NCBI GenBank assembly: GCA_022813865.1
Contig: JALDZX010000012.1
Coordinates: 1-64,000 of the forward strand
DNA: 64,000 nucleotides
Source of the DNA: Xylographa opegraphella
Lineage: Eukaryota
Direction: 5' to 3'
The position numbers were made by a program, and so were the translations under genes. Below the pieces are notes generated by a model. The model ran no database searches. It had not been told where the DNA came from and saw nothing but the letters and a program-made list of their open reading frames with translations. Positions 26,666 to 37,540 of this stretch are shown piece by piece (the stretch's first letter is position 1; each line of letters begins with the position of its first letter).

Positions 26666-27586
26666 TTAGCATGAATTTAGAGCTTGGCCTGGGGCTCCAC
26701 CCTATGGTTCTCTGAATCCATAGATTGAGTCTCTGGCTCGATCAATGGCGCTTTCGAGTCTATCGCTCCTTTACCGGCCATCACCGTCGACCCAAGAAAG
26801 GCAGCTCCTTGTACAATCCCATTGACTGTTCTAGCCCAATAGCCTCCGGCAGCCGCACTCTGAAGTAGTGCAAAAATGGCTCCCTTGGGAACATTACCAA
26901 TCGTGGCTTGGTAGGCGGAGGCGGCGGAAGCTAATGCACATTAGTTGTCTGTCCTGGTTTCATGAGGTACAATTACATAGAGTCGAAAAAGTTAACGAGG
27001 CCGACATACCAGCTTTAGGACCGAAGGAGCCGAAGCCTATGAGTCCAAGCACCGGAGTGGTTACAAGACCTGGGGCAACAAAGACAAGGCCATTTACTAC
27101 ATAAAATACAGTTTGATAAGGGTGTTGCTGTATCCAGTCCTTGATCTCCACAGAATAGTCAATAATCAGAATCTGTTCCTTTGCAGCCTTGAAGACTTCA
27201 GGAAGCTTATCGAATTCGACAGCGGCTAGTCTCCCCTTCATAGCCTGAAGACCCTGGGATCCATGTTGAGTAGCGAGTACAGTATGGCCATATAACGTCC
27301 CAGCCAAATAGTCCAGACCACTCCGAGCTTTTTCGGCCGCTTGGTGGAGGGTTTCCTTGTTAATGTACTTCTCTACCATCTCCGAGCTAGAGCTCATTAC
27401 CGCCGACGCCGCAGCATTGGACGAAACCAATGCGTTATGTATAGCAACTTTGGCGTTTCCGACTGCTTGTTTGATGGATTCTCTGTTGATGCTGTTCTCG
27501 AAGAGCTTCGAGCTCGAGCTCAGTGATGTCGCTGCAGCAACATCAGCCAAAGCCAGCGCACAAACTGTGGCACTTTCAATCCTCAT
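26666..27586 (-). CDS. Signal-peptide protein with C-terminal IFI6/IFI27-like Gly/Ala-rich hydrophobic domain
   Basis: Splicing GTATGT (27009)..TAG gives PVLGLIGFGSFGPKAASAASAYQATIGNVPKGAIFALLQSAAAGGY, matching the G.LGF...GP.AGS.AA..QS..G.V..GS.FA.LQS.AMGG pattern. Confidence 0.75.
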
Positions 27587-28057
27587 AATAAATAACAAGT
27601 GGGTTACGCCGTGATGATTAGCTTCTGCTATTAATTTAGCTCGGTGCTCAATTGAAGAAGCGTGAGGTACCACCTTGTTGTGGGCTTCACCCTCGGATGG
27701 GACGAACCTCGTTCCGAATACAAGGATCACTTACCGCTAGGTTCTATCCCGCGGGGTAATTACATACGTCAACCTATCTCCTTGAGGTACAGTAGCTTTG
27801 CTAGCTTTGTCAGGCGGAGCTGACCGTTATGCTTAGAATTATTAATGTTTCCAGAACACTTCGTGCAATGCTATTGTTGATGTGCAGGTTTCCATAAGCC
27901 GTTATACTCAGCATTGAGAGGTCTTCGGCCTTGACAGCTTCTGAGAACTCCAATCACGTCCACCTCTGTAGGTTACTTGGTCGTCTGCCGCGCAATCCTC
28001 CCCACTCTGTGATTCTTCTCTGAACCCACCCCATCCTTCACTCCTCGTCCCACCACC

Positions 28058-29452
28058 ATGCCCACCCTCTCTTCCGTTGGTTCTTCTCTCTCAAACGCTT
28101 TACCCTCCTGGTCCACGACGAAAACGACCTCTAAAGCCGGCTTCGATGCCGCCTGGGCTGCGCTCGACAAGCTGGGTGCCCCTGTCAATAAGCTCACCAA
28201 CAAAATCGGCAGCGAAGCCTTCTGGCCCACGACTCTCGACAAAGAGTCCGACAAAGCGGCACGCATCCTGCGGAGCTTTGTGAAAGATGGCTTTTACGCC
28301 GATGAAGCGGCAGGGAAGGGGAACCTGAAGAGTGCGGATGGGCCCACGGCCAAGCAACGAGTCGTGAAAAAGATCCCAACGGAAGTCATCCGGAGAGCGA
28401 AAGGGCTGGCCATCTTCACAACATGTAGGACCGGGCTCTGGGTGAGTGGTGCAGGGGGAAGCGGAGTGCTTGTAGCTAGGACAGCAAGTGGGGTCTGGTC
28501 ACCCCCGTCGGGGATATTGCTGCATACGGCGGGGCTGGGATTTCTGGTGGGAGTGGACATCTACGATTGCGTGGTGGTCATCAATACCGAGGAGGCGATG
28601 AAGGCATTCACGAAGATAAGATGTACCCTGGGTGGAGAGGTAAGTGCGGTGGCGGGGCCAGTAGGCATTGGCGGCATACTGGAGACCGAAATCCACAAGC
28701 GGCAAGCGCCCGTATGGACATATCTCAAGAGCCGAGGCTTTTATGCAGGTGTTCAGGTGGACGGCACGCTGATCATAGAGCGGATGGACGAAAATGAGAG
28801 ATTTTACGGGGAAAAGATTGGAGTGCAAGACATCCTAGCTGGGAAGGTGCGGCACCCACCAAGAGAGATCTCAATGTTGATGAACACTATCAGGATGGCG
28901 CAAGGAGACACAGATGTGGACGAGAAGGCTCTACCCGATGCGAGACCTACGCCTGGAGACCTGAAAGTTGAGGAGGTAATAGAACTGAGTGATCCGGATC
29001 CGCTGGGTGTGCAGGCGCTGGAAAAAGAAGGCATAGAGATCAAGGAAGCAGGGACGCTGAGGCGGCCAAGTCTCGACGAGTTCGAGTCAAGACCCTCGCC
29101 AACAAGTCCGACCTTCCAGAAGTACAAGTTGCCGCCTCGCGACGTCCAGGTTGCAACGCTACCCTCCACGATAAGTCCCACAACCGGCAAGCCAGCTCTA
29201 CCGCCCCGAGCACTGCCCCAAGAACCGCTGGTTCCGCCTGTGCGAGAGGAACCAGAAGAAGATATTACGGAAATTGCAGGCGCGGCGCATGTGGAGGCGC
29301 CTGTGGAGGCGCCGCACGCCACGCCTGGAGAAGAAACTGAAGATGAGCAGTGGGAAGAGCCCCGAGAGGAGCCGAAAGTAGACGAGACTCAGACTCCACA
29401 TGTTACTGTAGCGGTTGAAGAAAAGCTCACGCACGAGGGTCGTACCGATTGA
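28058..29452 (+). CDS. Ysc84/SYLF (YAB) actin/lipid-binding domain protein, no SH3 seen
   Basis: FWPTTLDKESDKAARILRSF, AKGLAIFT..GAGGSGVLVAR..WSPPSG, LGGEVSAVAGPVG, YLKSRGFYAGVQVDG..ER.DEN..FYG. Confidence 0.9.
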   Translation: MPTLSSVGSSLSNALPSWSTTKTTSKAGFDAAWAALDKLGAPVNKLTNKIGSEAFWPTTLDKESDKAARILRSFVKDGFYADEAAGKGNLKSADGPTAKQRVVKKIPTEVIRRAKGLAIFTTCRTGLWVSGAGGSGVLVARTASGVWSPPSGILLHTAGLGFLVGVDIYDCVVVINTEEAMKAFTKIRCTLGGEVSAVAGPVGIGGILETEIHKRQAPVWTYLKSRGFYAGVQVDGTLIIERMDENERFYGEKIGVQDILAGKVRHPPREISMLMNTIRMAQGDTDVDEKALPDARPTPGDLKVEEVIELSDPDPLGVQALEKEGIEIKEAGTLRRPSLDEFESRPSPTSPTFQKYKLPPRDVQVATLPSTISPTTGKPALPPRALPQEPLVPPVREEPEEDITEIAGAAHVEAPVEAPHATPGEETEDEQWEEPREEPKVDETQTPHVTVAVEEKLTHEGRTD

Positions 29453-29725
29453 CGTGTCCTATAAGATTAATGAGACCTGCGCTTCGGTAAAGCTTAGGGA
29501 GATGTTAGCATTGGGAGGGAAGAGACTGCGCGGTTCCGTGCGTGCAGGCATTGTACCGGTGGTATAGAATATGAAAGCGCCTACGGAGATCCGTTCTATC
29601 ATTTGGGGGGATTTCGTGGGGGTCTCTTTCGTGCCCTGGCACTGTGACGAGTAAATGAGTAGGGAAGATTATAGAGGAATAGAAATTCTAGTAAACTTTT
29701 CGAGCAATTGAGACTCAATCCACTC

Positions 29726-30609
29726 ATTACGTGAAGCAAAGAATCCTGCTTCGAACTGCTCTTTGGGAACTCATACATCCACTCAAAGCATCAGCCTCAG
29801 CCCCTGACGGCCACTGAGCATAACATACACACCTCCTCAACGTCAACAATCAGCAGCGCCCACAACATCACCAGCCGTATGGCTAAAATCTCCCATCTAC
29901 GAACAGGAATCTATACTCCGCATATGGCATCTCTTTTTAATACCTCCACCTCAATCGCCGGCTCTTCCGCCGACTTCCCAGATAACTCTGTCAGTGACCA
30001 CTACTAACCGCTCTATCTCCACCAACGCGTTGGTCGGTACATACTGCCAATGCCGCTCCCTTACCTGCAACGTTCCCCATGCTTTTCCTCATTGCAGCGT
30101 AGCTGCTCTAAGGATGAGGGGGTCCAAATCGAACTTCGGCCGCTATGAGGCAGATAATCCGCTCCGATCCGTAGAATATTCCCTCTTCAGGTTTAGCTCC
30201 AGGGGGTCTTGGCTTTCCACAACGCTGCATATTGAGCGAGAGGTCCCCCTCGCGCTGGATCACCTGGTACTTAGCCTCGGCACATTCACACTTCAGGATG
30301 TGCCATTTCATCATCAGAGGAGGGTTTCCTCGAGTTCATCGTCTTGTGGGATCACTGGCAACCAGCTCTCAAAAAGGTGGTATGCCATCAGCGTATAACT
30401 CTGGCGCAAACGAGTCGAGCAATTCGAGAACAATCTCTATGGAAGAATGAATCCAGCCAGTTAGCGGTGCTGAGCCAAGAACTCCAGCTGCCTTGGTGAG
30501 CTAGTCTACTTAGTGGTTTTCTGTAAAGCTTTGGCGACGTATCGTGGCCTAATCGGGACTTCCCCGCTGAACAAGTGAACCGAGATGCATTCGCATAATT
30601 ACAACACAT
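29726..30609 (-). pseudogene. Possible degraded gene of unknown family
   Basis: Intron-like segments (GTAGAC..GCTAAC..TAG; GTGTGT..GCTGAT..GAG) flank protein-like pieces (IVLELLDSFAPELYADGIPPF*, WMYEFPKEQFEAGFF) interrupted by stops. Confidence 0.25.
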
Positions 30610-31682
30610 TCGGAGTAAACGATCGAAACCGAATATTTATGAGTAGTATTGCTGATTGTTCCAACGGCTATGTAAGACGGTCAATTCCGTGGTCGAAAAG
30701 CTTCAGTCAGCCTCTGCCTTGTCAGTTTACTTCAACCGCGTGACGCACTTCTGCACTAGAAGTGAGTTACTCGTTAACTTTGCAAGGTACCTTAGGATCC
30801 CTACTTAGTACGTGCAAGTCATGTACTCCTCACTCTAGAACGATGTCCATATCCCTCCTTTCTTGTATTTATTAGGGAAAGGCCTTTGTTAGGATAAGTC
30901 TCGCTTGGAGTAAGGTATCTAGCGCTTCGACTCCCGCCAGTCTGACTCCTGAGCTCCTGTCGGCCCACAGGAGTGTTACAGAATTCCTTTCGAAACTTCA
31001 CCCTGAGTATGAGCGGAGAAGACTGCTTCCATGCATGCATTGACAAGCTAAAGAATATGTGAAGTCCTCCGTGCATTTTAGATCTGGAGGCTTTGTGCCG
31101 GGTCTCCGGCAGGCAGACAACAACAACACTATGCTATCGAGCCAGTCTTGAAGTCTTCGCAGACCAATCGCGCGGGATTAGGAAGTGTGCTGCGAACATA
31201 CCTCCGTACACAGTAAGGTAATGGTGCGGTGCGGCTTGTTGGGTCTCATTTCCAGGAGGCGCGAGTTCATTGGTTGGCTTGCTCGGCTCACTGCTTAGTC
31301 GCAAGGCTCAGAGTCGGACGGAAAGTCGTCGGACCATCCAAAATTGTGCTGCGCCCTGCCGCCAGTACGCTTCTATCGTAGCTTGATCAGCAGGGCCTCG
31401 CATCGGTGAGAATAGGTGCAACACTCCTCACTACTGCTGTCGTGTCTTTCGAGCCCACCTCAGCCGGTGATGCATCTGCATGTGGGATCAAGACAGTCCA
31501 TCGCATTGAGGCTTCGAACTGCTTTGCACTGATTCCTGTGCGCAACAGTACCTAGGTGTACAAATTACAAATTACTGAGGTTTGAGCGCTGCGCCTGTGG
31601 GACGCCCAACTCGTTGCTGACGACCTGTGAAGTACTTTACGGAAATCCCAAGTTTGGTCAAAGACCGGACGACTTGGATACT

Positions 31683-32660
31683 ATGGCCGACAATCCTTCT
31701 ACTTCGAGCGATGATGCTATTCTCACCGCACAGAGCTTCACTTCACCTCCGTCATCCGTTACTTTGAGCCCTATTGACTCTATCGTATCTATATTTACCG
31801 ATTCGTCTACCACTTACATCACATATGTGCCGAAACCGACCTCCGATCCAGCTATTGCTTCTCAACCGACGTCGCGGACTCTACTTACAAGTACAACATC
31901 GTCAGCTCAAGCAACCGTAGCGCCTGCCTCCGCTGCAACATCTAGTGCCGTAGCGGTTGCCTCCTCTACGAACAACGGACTCAACGGTGCAAAGATAGCT
32001 GCCATTTTGGTTCCTGTTCTTGTGGTTCTTGGCTTGATACCAATTATCTATCTCTTCTACCTCAATCGTCGGAATAAGCGTCGTCGTCAAATGGGAACAC
32101 CAGAGCTGCGCATGCCCCCAACAGAAACGCAACTTCTGCAGTCTAATTCTCGGCACAACTCTATATCACTGCCTTCACCCTTTACCGACAAGGAGAGGTG
32201 GCAAAGTGGTTCTCTCTCTGTACTGGAACGCCCTGATTCCGAGATCCAGCGGGCCCCGTCTCCGACGCTTCCTTCGCCTTCATTACCGGTCTTCAGGACG
32301 CAAGAGGCCTGGCCACTGACCGCCCCGCTACCAGACCCACCACCTACATATGTCTCTGAAAAGAATCCACCAAATCACTCCCCAAACCACTCTCATAACA
32401 TAACACTCCGAGCACCAACGCCAAACGTCCATGGACCGCTTGCGCAATCACGTGCTGCCGCTTTGACAGAAGCGAATATGACTTCGCACGATCTAGAAGT
32501 ACCTCTTAGGAATAATCGCGAGAGTGACGTTGTTTCCGAAATGTCCTTTCGTCAGAGTACTGGTCGACGAAGATCGGAGCGTGATGCGGACGAGGTGTCC
32601 TTTGTGTCTGCACTTTCTCCAGATGACCACTCCGACAGGCAGCTGCGTCAACTATTCTAA
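31683..32660 (+). CDS. Ser/Thr-rich single-pass membrane protein (Mid2/Wsc-like architecture)
   Basis: S/T-rich ectodomain, TM GAKIAAILVPVLVVLGLIPIIYLFYL followed by RRNKRRR, cytosolic tail with PPTY. Confidence 0.75.
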   Translation: MADNPSTSSDDAILTAQSFTSPPSSVTLSPIDSIVSIFTDSSTTYITYVPKPTSDPAIASQPTSRTLLTSTTSSAQATVAPASAATSSAVAVASSTNNGLNGAKIAAILVPVLVVLGLIPIIYLFYLNRRNKRRRQMGTPELRMPPTETQLLQSNSRHNSISLPSPFTDKERWQSGSLSVLERPDSEIQRAPSPTLPSPSLPVFRTQEAWPLTAPLPDPPPTYVSEKNPPNHSPNHSHNITLRAPTPNVHGPLAQSRAAALTEANMTSHDLEVPLRNNRESDVVSEMSFRQSTGRRRSERDADEVSFVSALSPDDHSDRQLRQLF

Positions 32661-33024
32661 ATTTCTTCATTGACTTCGAGCGTGGTGCTGGGGCGTTACC
32701 CTATGAAGGAGGTTTGGGGATACTTTCGAATTTCAACTTGACAGTGCACGAGGATATGATGTACAATCTAGCCATTATACGATCAGAACAATGGAACATA
32801 GCGTAACAATCTAGAATGATAAACATATGAGGGCTATGCCCAGTGTTGAAGGGGCAGCGAGCATATTTGACCTGTCACCAAGATAGATAAACACTCTTTC
32901 ATAGCGTTGAAGGTTATATTATGTGTAGAACCACCAATACGTGCAGTTTATCTAACCCCTCGTTTCTAAAACCAGAACTCCACAGCTCCATCCATTACTC
33001 CCCCGTCGTCTTCATGAATCGGTT

Positions 33025-34325
33025 ATGGACAGACTGAGGAGCAAGATCGGAGAGATCCCTCATGGTGGGGTCCATATTCCAGGAAAGGGTAGCAATAGAT
33101 CAGCCATCAAAGGCCAAGTGGTGCGCATTCTCCCTTGTGGCATAAATTACGAGGACACTGGCTCATTAATCACGCAATATAGTCAGGATTGATGGGAAGA
33201 GGGAAAACGCCTGATGCACAAGCCGATGCTCACAACCGCCAATCCCGTCCACTTGCAGCCCTCCAGGATCCAGAAAGCTTTGGGCCCCCACCGAAGAACC
33301 TGCGATATTATGGCGGGGCTGCTGCGCCGGAGGCTATAATTCCACAGAGGAGCGGAGAGGGAACTGTGGTGCAAGTTGACCACAATCGATCCACACACCA
33401 TGGCGCTGGAAGCGCACGGTATGCAGGCCAGCAAGAGCAGGAAGCCCCGCCTCCTCCGGCTCCTTTCAAAATCGACTCCACGGGGCTATCCACAAGTAAC
33501 TTACCGAAGCCGCCGACACGACATACAGATACCAGTGTCAATCTGGAATCCTCAGGCGTTGCAGCAGCCCGGAAACCGAAGCCGTCACTGCCCCCAAGAC
33601 TCCCTCCCAGGCAAAATTCTGCGTCCTCGCAGGAAAGCTTCTCACCTGCCTCACCCAGATTTGCTCCAAGCGCACAGCCCAGAGCTCCTCAGCAGAACTT
33701 ATTGAATCAAGGCGCCATCAACAGACTCGACGCAGCTGGTGTCTCCGTGCCCGGATTTGGGATCGGGGCCACATCAGAGAGCCCAAACCCATGGAGCGAT
33801 GAACCGATCAATATGGTCGATAATACTTCTGGTCCAGCTTCAAAGAAATCGCCAGACTTGAATGAATTACAATCTCGGTTTTCTAAGATGTCGTCGTCCT
33901 TCACGACTCGGCCAGAGTCACCCGCCCAAGGTACCACATTTGCGGAGAAGCAAGCGGCCCTGAAGACAGCGAGCTCCTTCCGGAACGATCCATCCTTTAT
34001 CAATCTATCCGATGCGAGAAACGCCGCTTCTACCGCTAACAATTTCCGTGAACGCCATGGCGATCAGGTAGCATCTGGATGGCAGAGTGCCAGCGGGCTG
34101 AACAAGAAGTACGGAATTGCGAACAGATTCACCGGCGTAACGTCGGGTACGGATGCATCGACAGCACAACCGCCCCCATCTCCTCCGGTCAGTCCGATGG
34201 TTTCCGGCTTCAATCCTGCGCATGGAAAACGTCCTCCGCCTATTCCACCAAAGAGGTTAAACAGTGGCAATACACCTGGCTCGGAGGGGCCACCAGTACC
34301 GCTAGCAAGCAAGCCGCGTTCATGA
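33025..34325 (+). CDS. AIM3-like proline-rich protein, 2 exons (33025-33120, 33183-34325)
   Basis: Intron GTGCGC..TAG (33121-33182) gives KGQV|SGLMGRGK..RPLAALQDPESFGPPPK, KPSLPPRLPPR, LNELQSRF, GTTFAEKQAALKTA, TANNFRERHGDQV, PPVPLASKP. Confidence 0.78.
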
Positions 34326-34492
34326 GATTGATGACTGCTGAGGGACTTTGTATCATGACTCAAGCTTAGGCCTTCTCAGCGATATATATTCATCATCATC
34401 GTCCTCTTCTTCATACACCGTTTGCAGATGTGGTCTGCATAATTCCAGCACCTCTATCACAAATATCATTGCATGTCTATCCCAAATCCACC

Positions 34493-35299
34493 ATGCCTAA
34501 AGATTTTGACCTCGACCTTCCTTCCCTCTGGTTCATCAACTCCCCATCCACATCCCCCGTGTCCTCGATGAAAGCCAATAACTCCATAGCACACACCTTC
34601 CCTCCGCCGGGAACTCAACTCATCCGGTACCTGCAGAATGTGCTCGTGGCCTCGGTCCGCTGGCCCGACTTATCCACCACCAAAGTCCAAACCACGTGGA
34701 GAGACACTGATCCCTCCCACAGTCTACCCGCGCAGCAGAAGCACTTCCCGCCCCGGACCACACTCTCGCCTGACGAAGTCGACAGAGCGCACCGTAACAT
34801 CGCGGCCTGGCTCGAGAGCTCGCTCGGCCAAAGATTCGGTGATGGGGGATTCTGGACGCTGGCGCAGCAGGCCCTTCTCAACCTCGCAAAGATGTATCGA
34901 GCGCACGGCCACGAGCATCCGCTTGTCAGTTAGGCCGCTCGCATCGGTCACTGCATCCTCGCGCTGTCGGCCGGCTCGCCGGGCGATAACGCGGGACTCT
35001 TGCAGCTGGCGGACGTGCATCGCGGTGATATGCTGCAGATGGAGAACGCGTGTTTTATGACCGTGGAGCTGGCGCTGGCGCCGAGGCCAGAAAAGAGGAA
35101 GTGGCAGCATAGGGGAGGCGAGAGGGTTACGAGGCTAGTACGGCATACGGCAGTGGGGGTGGAGGTGATGAGGGTGGTGGAGCAAGAATGGAGCGGTCTC
35201 GCCGGCGGTTAGTGAAGGGGAGTATGATCTGGGGGAGATGAGTGTGTACGAGCGGTAGGAGAGGGGTAGTGTCCGCCCTTGAGTACGAGCTGGGAGTGA
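34493..35299 (+). pseudogene. Disrupted BBC1/AIM3-type cysteine-proteinase-fold domain gene
   Basis: FDLDL..WF, DLSTT, Q.HFPP, GDGGFWTLA (family G.GECW.LA), in-frame TAG 34931-34933, then RGDMLQM, HTAV, EQ. Further frameshifts give NGAVSPAVSEGEYDL and VY(R)AVGEG*CPPLSTSW. Confidence 0.7.
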
Positions 35300-37540
35300 G
35301 GAACTTTTTGGGAGTTTGGGCCTGGGTCTGTTTGGTGGGGAGGGGATGACGTTTCTGGAGGAGCTTCTGCATTGGGGTTTCATGTTTGTGTTTCGCTTTG
35401 AGAAACAGCGGCGATGTGGGATGAATACAAACGACTACCTCACACGTTTTCACTTGCGATAATGCCTGTATATCTAATGATTGGTCAATTGCTTCGTGGT
35501 GCTCGTCATTTCCTCGAGCTGTTTCGCGTCCGCATGTTGAAGCTCATGCCGGATTGCTTCTACCACAGGTGCTGGACATCGATAGAAGCACCTGCTCTGG
35601 ATCTCCTCAGTATCAAATGACTTTGAAATTTACATATGGCTGTGTCGTTGAGCTCAAGAACTAGACCAGTTCAGAAGAACTTCGACCAAGTTGCCAGACG
35701 CAAAACACCGAGAACCAGCAGGAAAGTTTTTGATAGTAGAGCCCGATGATATGTTGTTTGTAGCTATGGTCTATTTCACGAATTGTTTCTTCGTGAGCGA
35801 GCAGCCGGTCAATCGAAGTTCTTTTATAAGCGTCGGACTCTGCAATGTCAATTCTCGCAGCATTAGCTGGCCTAAGTATACCTTATTTGAAGTACTTTTG
35901 GTTGTGAAATGCGTGGCAACACGTGATGGTTGGCAGAATAACAATGGGGTTTGTGAGGAAGTGTGTACAGCTGAAGCGACGCGTAATTTTTAATGAAACA
36001 TCCTACATGAACGCATCTTCCTACGTTTGATGAGTGCGGACAGCATAAACTCATGACCTTTTACCATCGGGCGGGTCTGCATCCTCACGGCAAATCGACG
36101 TATGGAGGCACTTCGACCGGAAAGCTCGTGTTTGACTTCGAGAAGAATAGGGCGTATGAAGGAAGTTTCCTAAGCTTCGAAGACGGTACAGCGGCAGTTC
36201 ACAGGATGTCGCTAGCCTTCCATATGTAGTGGCTAATATAGGCAGACAAAGCAATAATGGTTGTTGAATTCCTCCTACATACCTTTAGATGAAGCTGGGT
36301 CTGTCAAATAATTCGCTCGGTGCCTGAAAAGGCTGATACACTATCAGCGGAGGAACTTCAACCTCGCCCTGTCAGATTTACTGTACGTTCAGTCCTTGGA
36401 TGCAACCGGTGGTGAGTAACTGGTCGCCATTTTTCCACATATTGACTAGGGTGACGATTTGGACAGCCACCACTAGTTCTTTATAAGCGCAAATCAGCGC
36501 GACATATCCATCATGGTTCATTTGAGGTCCATGATTTCGAGCCACAGCTTTGGGGACACACGAAAATCCTCTTCCTCAACCCCGCTATGGAAGCATACTG
36601 CCTTTGTGCTGTAAGTGGCTATATTAAGGACTACAATCCGGTCGTTGTATCAAGTGATAGAAGTGCGGAATGTAAGCATGACAAAACTAAGACAGACTTC
36701 TTCAATCAGGAATGACACGGCCAACGACAAAACTCCTATTGAGTTCGGCCGTGCTGCCAGTCAGTATTCTGCCAGCAAGTCGTGTCTGCTCATACGGCTC
36801 GGCTGCTCTTCAATGCGTGGGATCCGGAGCTGCCGCTTGATATCTTATATTGAGATATCAGAGAGTATAGGAGAAAGTGAACAATCTTGCGAAGTGATTT
36901 AAGAAAACATCATTGATTCTAAAGCAGAGAGTGTGCCTATGAAACGTAATGTGGTCTGCGTACAACCTCCACATTCAGCCGGAAGGAGCATAACTTGAAT
37001 GTAATGCAGTAGATACTGAAGATCTGAAACGACTGTATAGCTGTAATCTGGTATTCCTATTGAAACTGGCGTCATGGAGAGTTCAGCTTATCCGATGCAT
37101 GGCCATAATGTGTCAGGCTTCAGCATGATGCGAGTCGGTCATTTTCTATTTTGCTGGATAAGTCTGGCATTGCAGTTGATCAAGAACGACGGTGCAGTCG
37201 TTTGCCCCCCTCGGAGGCCCCAACAGCCCCACAACCTTAAAATTCGCACCACGCTTTTAGCGTCAAGCTGCCAGAAGGCACGTTAAGTTGAACACCTGGG
37301 AAGATTGAGGCCTGGCGACATTAGGGGACATGCGAAGCAAAGAGCCAGTCAGTATTCGAGGCAATTGAGCCAAGAGCAATATATCAATCCTCATGAGTCT
37401 GGACACGACCTCTATGTCCAATGTCTAATTTCTGCCGGCTTTCCATTCATTCGGGCGTGCGTACTAAGCACTGGGTAGCCAGCCGCGAGGAGTGAGCGCA
37501 AACCGACTGCATCAGCTTATTCAATTGAAAGAGCTTGGAT

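Noticed and set aside
27144..27194. Possible 51-nt in-frame intron in the IFI27-like gene
   Set aside because: Weak donor (GTCTTC) and atypical GAG acceptor; the frame is open without splicing.
34931..34933. RIP signature behind the nonsense codons in the BBC1/AIM3-type relic
   Set aside because: Only one or two transitions, the region remains GC-rich, and no duplicate is visible in the window.
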